DNA of 64,000 bases, from positions 62,001 to 126,000 of the forward strand of contig BCKZ01000001.1 in assembly GCA_001600815.1 (NCBI GenBank). Reading direction: 5' to 3'. The position numbers and the translations under genes are program-made. Every line of letters starts with the position of its first letter. Position 1 is the stretch's first letter. The notes below the pieces were generated by a model. The model was given only the letters and a program-made list of their open reading frames with translations. It was not told the origin of the DNA and did not search any database. Of this stretch, positions 33,561 through 46,309 are shown one piece after another. This DNA is from Alloascoidea hylecoeti. Taxonomy: Eukaryota.

Positions 33561-33733
33561 TGACAGTTCTGGATGGGGATCTCGGGAAGAGACACTGAAT
33601 AATCTGTCAATAAGTGAGGTCAGACAATGATCACAGGAGAAAAACTATGGATTACTAATATAATCTATATAATAATAACAGGATCGTATATCTGAGAACA
33701 GGAGTAGATTATATCACATATCTAACTCTAACA
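33561..33733 (-). mobile_element. Solo LTR of the same Ty5-like family
   Basis: Aligns with 3419-3663 (shared tgacagt start, cagacaatgatcaca, and identical agattatatcacatatctaactctaaca end); flanked by ATTTG/ATTTT, a near-perfect 5-bp TSD. Confidence 0.9.
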
Positions 33734-36700
33734 ATTTTTGGTTAAAAAAGCTTCAAATCTTTTGATGATTGTATAATATTACCCAATTGCAACTAATTTT
33801 GAGCCAGGCTTCTATCTAAATATTATCGATTATGTTGAGTATTTCGGCCTTCTAAGCTGATAGATCTAGTTTAGATATTACCCACAAAATTCCTACTTGG
33901 CTATATTCATCAGTTGTTAAAATACATGACTGGCTGTGACTGACTGTAAATAGATCTATAAGCCACTTACATAATCTTTTTTTTTATATGTAGGATGTTC
34001 TGTTCGCCGGCCGGCTCAAAAGGAATATAACAAACAATTACAATTTTTGAAACAAAATACAGATTAATATTAATATTGTTTAAAGTTTATTTTATTTAAT
34101 TTTATATAACATGTATAATATTCAAAAATTATTAATTACAGATATATTTTAAAAGTTTAAAGTTTATCAGCCGATTCTCCTTTTTTTAAAAAAAATTTAA
34201 TATAAATAATATATGATATGATATTAAAATCGTAATCGTAATAGAAGTTCGTATATCATTGTTGCCATTGTGGTGTTAAAAATTGAAAAAATAAGAATTG
34301 TTCTTTTAATTAAAATCACATCATCTTTAATTGTCGATTTAAAAGTGTAGTTAATTATAAATTTGAAATCCGGATTTTATACTCATTAATATAATATGAA
34401 TTTATATCATTCATGAGTTATCAATTAAAGTTGATATTGGTTTTAATATCTGAATCATTTCGGATTGTACATATAAAACTGATAAAACTATCATACTTTC
34501 GAAAATTAAAATCAAACATTAACAGTAATTGTACATAAAACTGTACTAACTATGCGCACAAATACAATCTTTTTGAACTGATATTAATTAACGTGGAGTG
34601 TACAGATGTTTACGTTTGTGTGATATGATCGATTGATATCATCATATAATTATATGGAAACAATTGGTTATTTCTTAATTCTTATTATCGCGACATCTTT
34701 AAAATCACATAATTATATGGACATATAAAAATTTAAAGAACAATGATAAATTTAATTTTTATTTTTCCCAAGGCCCCTGTTTTAAATTAGTAATAATGGT
34801 TTATATTTAAATTCATAATTATTCAGAATTTCATATCACAAGACATTGTTAATTATTTTAATAAATGAATAATTGAATTTACAAACATATTTTAATCCTT
34901 GATTTATTATATAACCTATAACCTCCGATTAAATTACTTTATAATATATTTATCAATAATTTTAAAGATGAACACCGACAAAAATTATAAATTTAGGAAA
35001 TTCTTTTAATTCATTATTTTTTTTTTCAATCTATAATCTATACTAATTCTACAGGTGGTATAATTGATTAATTGATTAGAATTAATGATCTAGAAGAATA
35101 AATACAAGCAACACAACAATCAATTGCAATCATTTTTTCATGCAGTCTCGTATATATAATACTAACGAATGACTATGACCAATTGGTATCCAGGGCGTTA
35201 ATCGTAAAAATACAATATAGCGCTATTGTTATGAGTTTCTGACACCTTTGATTTATATATTTAAAACGACAATATAATCATGAGCTTTAAACTTTTGACT
35301 TTAATCCATTAATGATAGTCATTGATAGATCTAAATAAATACAATGTTTGATAAAAAAAAGTTTAAAATTACATTATAACTACGAATCAAAAGATTTGAT
35401 TCTTATGGCTAATATCGAAGTAAACGTACGATCGTTGCAATTATCCTTGATTTAACGTAAATTAAACATTCATATAGGTGTGTGTTCCTGTTTTTAATAA
35501 TTCTTAAGCTACAGGTAGCGCTTTTTATATTGAAAATTGAAATATACAGTTGGTTTCTTTTTTTAGAATCATTGGATTTAGTGTTCTTTTATAAATTAAT
35601 TTATTAATGTTAATTGGTTACGTTACTAATGGTTTCATCAAGATTATGGTCATCGATTGTTTTGGTCTTAGCTTTATATAGATATGAATGTTGAACATTT
35701 ATCAAATACCCAAGGATAATTTAGTCAGGTACAATAAATAGCGCTATCGCAATTGCTAGCACTAGTATAGTTAAATAGTGAATATATACCAGTAATTTTG
35801 ACATGAATGATCTACAATACACATGTGAATAAAGAATAAACAGTTGGCCATATTAATTGTACACATGTAATTGAAATTAATCAATATAGTTAGGAAAAAT
35901 AAGTCATGATCATAAATTCATAATCCACCCCTGTATATACACGTATTGTTCAGTTGCAATTGTCACAATTAAGAAAATTCAGATTGTCAATTATTATTGA
36001 GTCTCAATATAACAATGTGTAATAATATAAAATATTATTAATGCAACGTGTTGTCTTATAAGGACAAGTTACGATTTAATAGTGTCAAATTGAAACTTCA
36101 ACAAAAAGACAAGAGAATTCGAAAAATTGTTGGAAAAAAGGATAAAAAATGGAGTAATATGATAAAGTTGATGTGTTGTTCCAACGAGAAAAAAGGGTGA
36201 TAATTGCAACGATCCAAAAAAGGAAAAGAAAATACTGTAGGTAAAACTATTATAACAGCCAATCAACCCTGTAAACAGGTCATCAACGACATTAGAAGGG
36301 AATTTAATATGCAGGCAATAGAATGAATAAATATGCATTACCGTTTACTTGCAAGAGTGCAGAGACAAAAGATTCGGTGTGCAGCTGCAGTTGCAGTTTG
36401 CATCCACCTGCAGTCTGTGGTGGAATGGAAAAAATTAAGGGGGAAGGTGCTCCATTATATAAAAAGTGCAACTTAAAGCAGATTCGGACAGAAATTTCAA
36501 TACAGCGAAATAAAAAAAGACTTTGAGGCGAAAAAAAAGTTGATAAAGTTAACTGTGCAGTCGACACCGGCACACGTACCTCCATCGGATTAAATATTAT
36601 AATTCTCACGGGCACAAGATGGCCATCAGTGCGGAATAAATATTATTAATTTATTATAATTAAAATAATTATACTGGGTAAACCGTTCATGTTTTCTATT

Positions 36701-36885
36701 TTCTCCATTATTATAATTTTTATTTTTTTATTTTCCATTTTCCATTTTCCATTTTCCTTTTTAATTTCCTTTTTAAGCTTATTCCGTTTCATCTTAATTA
36801 TATATAAATAAAACATTTCCTTCTTTTTTTGTTCATTAATCAACCATTCTCCTCTCTTGTTAATAATAATTATTCATCATCTATA

Positions 36886-37953
36886 ATGAACTCTGTATAC
36901 GATACTCTAGCTCACCAAATTATTAATAAACTTGAAGAATCTAACAAGTATAGAATACTGGTTTTCATTTCGGGTAATCCTGGGTCTGGCAAATCTACTT
37001 TAGCTCAAAAAGTTAAAGAAAGAATTAATAAAATTTATCATGAAAATGAAACATCTTCAAAAACGTCCAAAGTCAAATCTAATATTAATACAAATCCTCA
37101 TTTAAGAAAGTCAAGTATTTCAAGTACAAATGTTTCAATTTTCCCTGGTTCTCATGGTTCAATGGAAACATCAATTAAAGTTATATCATCACCAAATGAT
37201 ATTCTTCCTCAATCAACAAATGAAAAAGATGGTGATGATTGTTCATTTGTACAAACAATTCCAATGGATGGTTTCCATTTACCACGTTATGTTCTTGATT
37301 CATTACCTGATTCAAAAATGCTTCATGAAAGAAGGGGAGCACCATTTACATTTGATGATACACAAGTTGTTAAATTGTCACAAATTTTAAATTCAACATG
37401 TATTAATAACACTTTTAATTTATCAAATACTTTTAATATATTACCATCATCAAAAACAAGAATTCCAACAATTTATTTACCATCATTTGATCATTCACAA
37501 AAAGATCCAAAAGCTGATGATATAATTGTTTTACCAAGTACAAGAATTGTTATTATTGAAGGATTATATATGCTTTTAAGTACTGATGAATGGAAAGATG
37601 TTTATCTTAGTTGTTATGAACCAACCAATGATTATCAACAAGTTCAAATTTTATCAACTCCATCAGATTTAGATTTAAAATCACAATATATAAAAGATTT
37701 CAATGATAATGAGAAATTAATAGAATCAAATAAAGTTAATTATAAATCATCAACTACATTATCAATTAGTATCAATATATCAGAAGAAACCGGATTAAAA
37801 AGAGTTACAAAAAGACATTTACAAACAGGATTATGTGATTCTATTGATGAAGCAACTAATAGATTTAATTCAAATGATTTACTTAATGGTAGACTTGTCA
37901 ATGAATATAGTTTTGTCTCTGATATCGTTATAAATTCTGTTGAAGCCTTATGA
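36886..37953 (+). CDS. YFH7: P-loop kinase of the uridine kinase/phosphoribulokinase family, Yfh7-like
   Basis: Motifs GNPGSGKST, PMDGFHL.R, RRGAPFTFD, P.FDH..KDP, EGLY, RV..RH; first ATG at 36886. Confidence 0.85.
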   Translation: MNSVYDTLAHQIINKLEESNKYRILVFISGNPGSGKSTLAQKVKERINKIYHENETSSKTSKVKSNINTNPHLRKSSISSTNVSIFPGSHGSMETSIKVISSPNDILPQSTNEKDGDDCSFVQTIPMDGFHLPRYVLDSLPDSKMLHERRGAPFTFDDTQVVKLSQILNSTCINNTFNLSNTFNILPSSKTRIPTIYLPSFDHSQKDPKADDIIVLPSTRIVIIEGLYMLLSTDEWKDVYLSCYEPTNDYQQVQILSTPSDLDLKSQYIKDFNDNEKLIESNKVNYKSSTTLSISINISEETGLKRVTKRHLQTGLCDSIDEATNRFNSNDLLNGRLVNEYSFVSDIVINSVEAL

Positions 37954-40900
37954 TCTCAACTTGAGAGTAAGCGTTTATATTACAATGAAATTTCTAACAA
38001 CATTTCATTTCATTTCTTGAACTACGAAACGACAAAGAGAACAAATTTAATAATTATAATTATTTAAGCTATTTTTTCATTCTTTTTTTTTTTCTATTCA
38101 TTTATTCATTTCTTTCTTTTTTAAAATTTTATTATCATCCTGTCCATTATACTGTCTATAACTTACATGTATATCATTTCCTTTCATATCTTATGGTTTT
38201 TGTTTTTGTTTTTGTTTTTGTTTTTTGGTGCATGCTCTTTATCTTTTTATCTTTTTATCTTTTTATTTAAATTTTAAATTTACTTTAACTTATCTATCAA
38301 TCATGTTTATACTAGTATATATATTTATATAACACATCATCAATGATCTTACTTTTCTTGTTTATAACATACACATCTTGCAATTGCCCCATTACAATTG
38401 CTGTCTTTATCATTATCATGAAAATATTTATAATTTTATATTGAACTTTCAATTTCGATTTATCATACTAATTACTTTAATCTTTAAAATTATAATTTAT
38501 ATAATTTGTAGTTAAAGCCAGAGTACATAAATATAACTATAATTGCAATTAATATATTAAATCTACTTTATACGATATTAATATTAAAGAATAAGCATCT
38601 GCCTTATAATTAAGTTCATTGAAGGGCTTATTAAGTTCAATATTTCTTTAAAATGTAGGTCGGTCGGAGGTTCCGTATATAACGGATTAAAGCATTCCGC
38701 ACATTTTTGGGGGCTTGATTATTGATTAGCTAATGACAAATATAATAAAACACGTACGTTACGTATTACCCTGCATTCACTTTGTCATATATTATGTACA
38801 TTCGGATACGATTAAGCCGTATATCGATTTTTGGATTATATTAATTTGAAAGGGGAACATTTAACTGTGGCTTACTTTTTTCATTTTAGTAAGTAGAATT
38901 TGGAATATTACTAATATTATAATTATTGAAACTTCATTTTTCGCCTTTTTTGAGTCACAGTCACACAGTCAACATTTTGATATATGGCAATGTGGCCATC
39001 TTAGGGAGATATATTATTGAATACTCTTTTGCAATTGTCTCTTAAGGCTTATTATACCTACACTTACCCAATTGCAATTATTTTGCTCATTATAGTAATC
39101 TGTCACATAAACAAGCTATTATGTCTAGATCTTGCTAAACCTAAATATAACCGGTACCGCTCCCGAAAATTGTCAACATCTTTAAGTATATAATAGACCT
39201 TCTTCATTGTTTCCATATAAAGCTTAGCCAATTCTATAACTATCCTTTAATATGACATTTCTCTTATAATTATAACTTGTTAACGTTTCATGTTCTAAAT
39301 CCTAATTATAACTTTTAAGCGTTTCAACTTCAACAAATTATGATAATAACCAATTTTCCAACGACTTCAATTACACTGCTAAACAGCAAATAATAAATAG
39401 AATTACAATGCCTTTAGAAATTACCATTTACGGTATAAATTCCGGGGTTCCAAATACAAATACAATGTTTAATAGCCTTTCATAAAAAAACCTAATATAG
39501 TAAGATAATTTATATGATCTCGAGCTCTAAAGTATATGCATATGCATATTTAAAATCGTAACTAAAATGCATATTTCGGAACAGCTGCAGTTACAAGGTT
39601 ACAATTTCACAAAACCCACTAAAATTGATAAAAAAAATATAAAATATCTATTATTGTAAAGTTGTAAACTGAATCTACTTATATATTGAAGTTTATCAAT
39701 AGTAGAAATTTAACAAGTGTAGTTAATGACGTAATATCGTCAATGAAGAGCGTTTCGGAATAGCATTTTCAATTGCAACTATTATATTACATTTAAAACA
39801 AATGGGCGCCAAATTTTAGAAAAAGAAAATCATATACATTTTATAGATATTAATTAATAATAATAAAGAACTGGAAGAATCTATTCCATTAGCATATGTC
39901 AAAGTGAATTGAAAATTGAAAATTGAAAATGATACCATTATTTCGTTCAATGTTAGACATTTAATTTGCTTTTAGTTAATAATTGTCATTAAAACTACCA
40001 ATCAAACATTATCATTTAAAACATCAGCGTTTACAATAACAGTTCTTCAATTCTTGATTCATTCTTGCCTTCAATGTGATGCTGAAACATCGAGAGTGAC
40101 ATTAATATTCCCTAAGCTATAATATTTTTATAATAGATAACGGCTTACAGAACGTTCATGATTATAAAATGGTCATGGAGGTTTCAGAAACAGAAACTGC
40201 TTCAACTGATCATGATCAACATTTAAAAGATAAAGTTTAAATAACTCGAAATCCATACAAAAATTATAAATGATGTAAAGATCTAGATCTGGAGTTTTCT
40301 TCACTCACAGCTAATATAAACTGTTCACCTTCATTCTTCCTTCCAATCTAATAATGTAAAATTAGTGTATATAATTAAATAAAAAATATAATAAATTTAG
40401 GCTTATCAATTCATATAACTAACTTATCGTAAAGAACATCGCTTTTAAAAAACAGCTGATTTCTTCTCTAGTTTAGTTTAGTTTTTATTGAATTAAATTT
40501 AAATGTTGTAAGCTCAATTAAGAGAAAATTGTTCCATATGCACAGAAGTATTCTTTTACGTAAATTTCAAACAATTAATTGCAATTGCGATCAATAGATA
40601 TTAGTCAATCTAAACCAATGATTATATAGATAAACTAGATCTATCTATCTCATTACTGCGTATTGAATTTAAGCTCCTTGACTTGGATTTTAATATGATG
40701 GAAGATTGTACTCATATGCATGCAATTGGGTGCATAGTAAAGAATATCGATGTCAGTTAAAATCTAGTTTCTAGATATTTTTTGTTTTCGATAATGTTTA
40801 AACTACATCAATTGATATATTAAATATCTTTGCTCTTTCTACTTTAATCTATAGTTAATAATAATAATAAGTTTGATCAACGCTTTCTTACAAAATATTT

Positions 40901-42472
40901 AATAATCATATCAATACAAATAGAAAATCAAAATAAGTTTAAAAACTAATAAGAGTATTAGTTATAAACTTTTAAATATTAAGTAATATATTTCAATACA
41001 TAATAGATTGCAGTGGAAACTAATTGAAAATGAACTCCTGATCAAAATCAACAACGAGAGATTGGACCACCAGAATTTCAAATATAAACCTCTAGATTCT
41101 GTTTATATAATTTTAACTATGTATGAAATCTCCCGTAAAAGTAAACAATTAGGAAATATGCTAGTTTTTGTATATCAAATATTTGCTCTTTGGACGTCAG
41201 ATTTAGATATAGCAAATTTTATAACATGTTTGAAAGTAAACTTGCAACTTCAGATCCATATTTATAATATTTAAGTAGATCAATTTCGTATTAGAAGTGG
41301 TTATTGATGAATGACAGTTTTCAATACAATGGACCAAATGCTTATCTTTAACATTTCTTCTGGATGGAAAAAAAAATCATGCCAATTTATTCTATGCATA
41401 TATCGTGCATTTTCATTGTTTTAAATGCACGAATTCGTTATTTATAGCCTTTTTCTTGCAGGTGTTTCTAATTCGGAACTAATTTATGATAAACAGTTGA
41501 ATAAGTGATCGGCAGAAAACTTGAAAAGTTTCGTTACCAAAGAGAGATAGATTATTGGTATATCAACTAAAGTTGGTTCAATATTTTAAAGAATAATAAT
41601 CAGTAATTTTTTAAACTATTATTGGGCTATTTGTATATTAATCTTCTACTTAACAATGATGTATATATATTAGTCAATCATTCACTTCTAAAACATTCTC
41701 TCGATAGAAGTTGAAAATTAATAGATGTCAACAATCATTACATTTACTGTGAATCACTTACATGTATATTGAATTATTCATGGACTACGTAGTACGTACA
41801 GTCACGAAAGATATTAACCCAACTGTTCAAATTAACGGAAATTTAAATAGCTGTACTACAATCAGCAAATGATATAGCAAAAGTTGATCATTCATATTTC
41901 ATTGTAGTTGCAATTTACTTCCAATTCAATGTTAAGTTTAAACTAACTATTTTTTAGAATTGACACTCAATTGAATTTTATTTTTTATTTTCTAGTATCT
42001 CTAGTTATACTTAGGATTAATAATCAGTTAATTAATATATATTATTAATCATTTTCTGTGATATCCTGGGTCCTGATCTAAAAGGAGAAGTCGGATCAAT
42101 GTTAACAGACCGTCTTATTGTGATTGGTGGATTTAAGAGCTATAACCAGCAACACATGTAGGCGTCAACTTATAATTCTAGTTGAATATTCATATTCATA
42201 ACTATTGTGGCCATGACACGATAGGTTCAAAAGTTTAAACACCACCATGTTAATTTTTATTTATGATGCTATTGATAATTTCCATTATATATTATTTATT
42301 ATAACCATATAAATAATAGGATATTTACAATTGATCCTTTAAATTTTTATAAGTATAATAATTAATATTATGATGCATATGTGATGAATTTTATAAATAA
42401 TAGATGGTATATGTAAGATTTACTTAGCCTTCTTTGACATGTTATTCATTATAATTAAGTTATCATTAATTA

Positions 42473-43414
42473 CTAATTTTTAACATTTGTTTGTAATTTT
42501 GTATCTTTCTTTTTTAAATTTGAATTTGAATTTGTTGTAGAATTATTACTCCAACCTTTCCAATTTTTTAAAATTTGATAATTTTTTTTATAACTTTCAG
42601 GAATATTTGGATTTTGAAATATTAAATCAATTTTTTTAATTATTAATTCTAATGATTCTCTGGTAAATTGACAAGTTTTAATCCTTAATCTATAAAAACC
42701 AAAATAAATTATTAATAAATAACCGGAAGTTCCACGTAATAATAACATATTTCCAAATAATTTAAAACAAATCCATAATTCTGAATATGATATTGATAAA
42801 AGTAAAAAATTCTTATAATTTGATGAATTAATTATATTTGTTAATTTATTTAAATTTGAAATGATAATTGATTTAAATTTATCATTTTGTTTAATATTAA
42901 TATCAATATGATTATAATATTCAGAAAAAGATTTTGATAAATGTAATAAAGAATAAATGAAATATGGAATCATTTTAGAAACCGATCGATCTGTTAGCAG
43001 CCAACCAATTGCTAATCCTAAATATTGAAAACTTTCAGTACTTAACAATGTATAAAGTGATGGTCTTGAAGTTTTATATTTCTGTAAAAGTGAAGTTGAA
43101 TAAGTTATTATAACAGCAATGAATAATACTCTGTATGTTAAATTCATAAAAGAAAATGATTTTGCTATATTTGTAGAAGAAGATTCTGATGATTGAAAAA
43201 TAAATTTAATTGAAAGAGATGTTAAGTATAAGATTGAAAACGAAAGAGTTATAATATGACCAATTAACCAAGTTAATTTTTGTTTGTTTGAATTGTTAAA
43301 TTGATCATTGGATTTTCCTTTACAATTAGAAATTGAACCATTTGACTCAACAACTCTAACGGTTTTAACTCTCTTTATAGGTTTCGGAGTGTCAGTGGCA
43401 GTAATATTTGTCAT
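42473..43414 (-). CDS. Pom33/Per33 (TMEM33) family ER/nuclear envelope membrane protein
   Basis: Pattern WL.GH...L, YR..F....TY, LL..E.FQYL.LA..W, PY.IYS..H; multiple hydrophobic helices. Confidence 0.75.
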   Translation of the reverse strand: MTNITATDTPKPIKRVKTVRVVESNGSISNCKGKSNDQFNNSNKQKLTWLIGHIITLSFSILYLTSLSIKFIFQSSESSSTNIAKSFSFMNLTYRVLFIAVIITYSTSLLQKYKTSRPSLYTLLSTESFQYLGLAIGWLLTDRSVSKMIPYFIYSLLHLSKSFSEYYNHIDINIKQNDKFKSIIISNLNKLTNIINSSNYKNFLLLSISYSELWICFKLFGNMLLLRGTSGYLLIIYFGFYRLRIKTCQFTRESLELIIKKIDLIFQNPNIPESYKKNYQILKNWKGWSNNSTTNSNSNLKKKDTKLQTNVKN

Positions 43415-43538
43415 TCTTCAAAATGAGTCGTTGTTTGATACAAAGAATGAGGGAAAATACAGGATGTGGAGGACAATTTATAAACAAAGCAACAACCAGA
43501 TTTATTTATACTATTTTTCAACAATTTAAAATTAGGAC

Positions 43539-43634
43539 ATTACGTACTCGTACGGTACGTACTGCCATTACGTAGGCAGGCCTCGGATAAGGTTCGGACA
43601 TGGTGCAGATCGCCTTCGGATGACGCTCGGATCG
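43539..43634. promoter_or_regulatory. Motif-dense GC-rich bidirectional promoter (three TACGTA, two TCGGA-N6-TCGGA)
   Basis: Motifs read directly in the 303-bp gap between the divergent PER33-like gene and DAD3. Confidence 0.5.
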
Positions 43635-43717
43635 AAGCACCACAGCCTCTACCAGCCGGGTAACAACACCCTCAAACCCACATCAAACGTAAACAAAACC
43701 ACTCTGGGGGCTCAATA

Positions 43718-44191
43718 ATGTCGCAACAACCTCCATCGGCTCCATCTGCTGCCGGTTCAAACCAAGGACCCGCCTCCAATGACATTCTCTCAGCCAACTA
43801 CGCACAATCTCCATTCCCTTTGACGAAAACAGAAATCTCAATCCTAACTGAGTATCAGAAATTAGCCCGTAATATGAATCTTCTATCAAATCAAATTGAA
43901 ACTCTCATAAATCCAGGTACACCAACACCATTATTACTCGATAGATTACGTGGACTAGAAGTTAAAGTGGGGCTTGTTTTCACTTTATTCAAAACAAGTT
44001 TATATAATATGTTTTTACAACGAGAGGAAGATATTGAACAACGACAACGCGAAATGGGAATGATGAGTGATACTGATGACGTTGAAGGAATAAGAAGTGG
44101 ATTGGGTGGTATGAGTGTTAGTGCCACCAATTCTGATCAATTTTATGATGGGTATGATGATGATGTAAGGAATCAACAGCAATTGTTATGA
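43718..44191 (+). CDS. DAD3: DASH/Dam1 complex subunit Dad3
   Basis: L...E..IL.EYQKLA.N...L and LLD.LR.LE.K.GLV.TLFK.S.Y. Confidence 0.88.
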   Translation: MSQQPPSAPSAAGSNQGPASNDILSANYAQSPFPLTKTEISILTEYQKLARNMNLLSNQIETLINPGTPTPLLLDRLRGLEVKVGLVFTLFKTSLYNMFLQREEDIEQRQREMGMMSDTDDVEGIRSGLGGMSVSATNSDQFYDGYDDDVRNQQQLL

Positions 44192-46309
44192 TTTTATTTT
44201 ATTTATGGGCTAACGTTTAATTAATGGATTTAATGAAAAGCCTTGCAATACAAATTTGTTTCTTAATAATAGATCATTACTGGTATGATCAAACTGATAA
44301 TAATCACGCATAGAAGTATTATTTATCAATGTTAAGACTATGAAGTTTACGTTAATTGGGTGAAGCACGCATCTCACGGCGGTATGATTGTACAATTGCC
44401 AAAAACCTTAGATAAAAGATTCCCCCAGCTATTTTAAAACTAAAGATAGGTTGTCACTAATGTTATATAACTTAGTTATTGCTGTCAAATTTCAACAATT
44501 TAATTCTTACCTGATTGAATCTAGGGTATAATTTCGGGAATCATTAATCCCCGAGTCCTTTATTATTATCATAGTCTCTTTGATCTGATTTCAGGTTTTT
44601 TTTTTATCATATCCATGTCATAGATCTATAAAAAAATAAATCTAGAAGTTTTACCGTGTAGAACCAACAAGGAGTAAAACTTAGACAACCCATTGAAAAT
44701 AAAGTAAATGTGTGTTCACCAACCCCATATATAAATATCCATAATTCTAGCCAGTTAAAAGATCAGATTATTAATTATTAGTTCCGGACACGATCTTTTT
44801 AAAATCTTTCTAGAATACTAATGAAATGATGGTATTAATTTATATTAATTAATAAATGAATAAATAAATAAATCATCATCTCGTTTGTTGTTCGGCGAAG
44901 AAAAGTATAGTGTTTTTTGGGAGTCAACACCAATGATAAAAATCACAACAAACTCATTATTAAGTTGATCGAGTTGGCAGTATTTAATCATAATGATAAA
45001 ATATTTGTGAGATCTTAGAAGATTAGTTAACCATGGGTTTCAAACTTTAACCAACTATATTTATTTGTTACATGGATCACTTATTTTCGGGGATTGACAG
45101 AGTGGAAAAAAACAGTATAATACAGCGTCCGTTCCAGGATTTACCATACATACTTAAGAAGGAGTTTCCACAGAATGGAGCCCACTACGGTATAATATAT
45201 ATGTTATATAAGTTATAAGCTTATAGTCTCTGGAAGAGAGAAAAAATTTCATACTAATCATACTAATATATTCCTATTACAGCTATAAACAATATTGAAA
45301 TGTATATAATATAGTATTTTTCAATATAATTCAAGTCTTTTTTCCAATTTCAATTTCAATTTCAATTTCAATTTCATAATATCTTAAGCATAAGAGAACT
45401 CTTTGGAATATTAATTTAAAAACTTTTATATTCGAACTTCAATGTTATTTTTATCACCAACTTCAATATCCCTCGAAAGTATTATATGTTCTTAAATTCT
45501 CTAGATTTTCTTTCTATAAATGTTTCCTCTCTCTATTGATGATTCCATTGAACCATTAATAATAATAATAATTATTTTGATAAGATTCTATTAATCTATC
45601 CCAAGAAAAGAAGCGTAGATATATTTTCTGCTATTGTAAACATCGATTACTGATGTAAATAGAAACCATCACTATAAAAATCAATGGAAAGGAATACTAA
45701 TCCTATATATACATATAATCAATTGATTATTGTTCGATTTAGAAACTTTGAAATTGTTTTTAATAATTGACAGATATCGATGCTTTTGAAATATCTCTTG
45801 TATCCATGTTTTAATTGTAACTCCATTGTCTAATCAATGGTTTAATCTACAAAGTCCCAAAATAAAGAGTAGTAAATCATCTTTTACATATATTTTATGG
45901 AAAACTGAAATATTGATATTTTTGTAATCGTTTAAATTTGTAAATATCTAGTATTACAATTATATAGGTATGTAGCTATAATCTAACTAATATTAATTTT
46001 TGCTGAGATGATAATAATAAAATAGAGAAGATGATTATTGGAGTTCTATATTCCTTCTCATTAGTGTATATGCTATATGTTGATTTGATGCTGTATGAGT
46101 GAGACTTTAAATTTGTCTGAAAGGTGGTTTGCCAAATTGAAAAATTCTGGGAAAGCTGGCCTTGTGTTTTAAAGAAGTTGATGTGTGCTATTCGTGATCC
46201 TCTTTGATGGTAATATAATATATGATAGATGGGAATGAATAGGAATTGTTATTCATTGGATTGGCTGTTGTGGTGAGTGGACGGAGATAATCGATATATG
46301 TATTTATAT

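Noticed and set aside
36069..36843. Several 60-100 aa ORFs upstream of YFH7
   Set aside because: Overlapping, low-complexity and motif-free; more consistent with promoter/UTR sequence.
33740..42450. tRNA, snoRNA or other ncRNA in the long intergenic regions
   Set aside because: No cloverleaf, A/B boxes or convincing box motifs found by eye; a covariance-model search would be needed.
45380..45910. Possible additional gene relic on the minus strand
   Set aside because: Coding-like texture, but no recognisable motif in the frames I translated.
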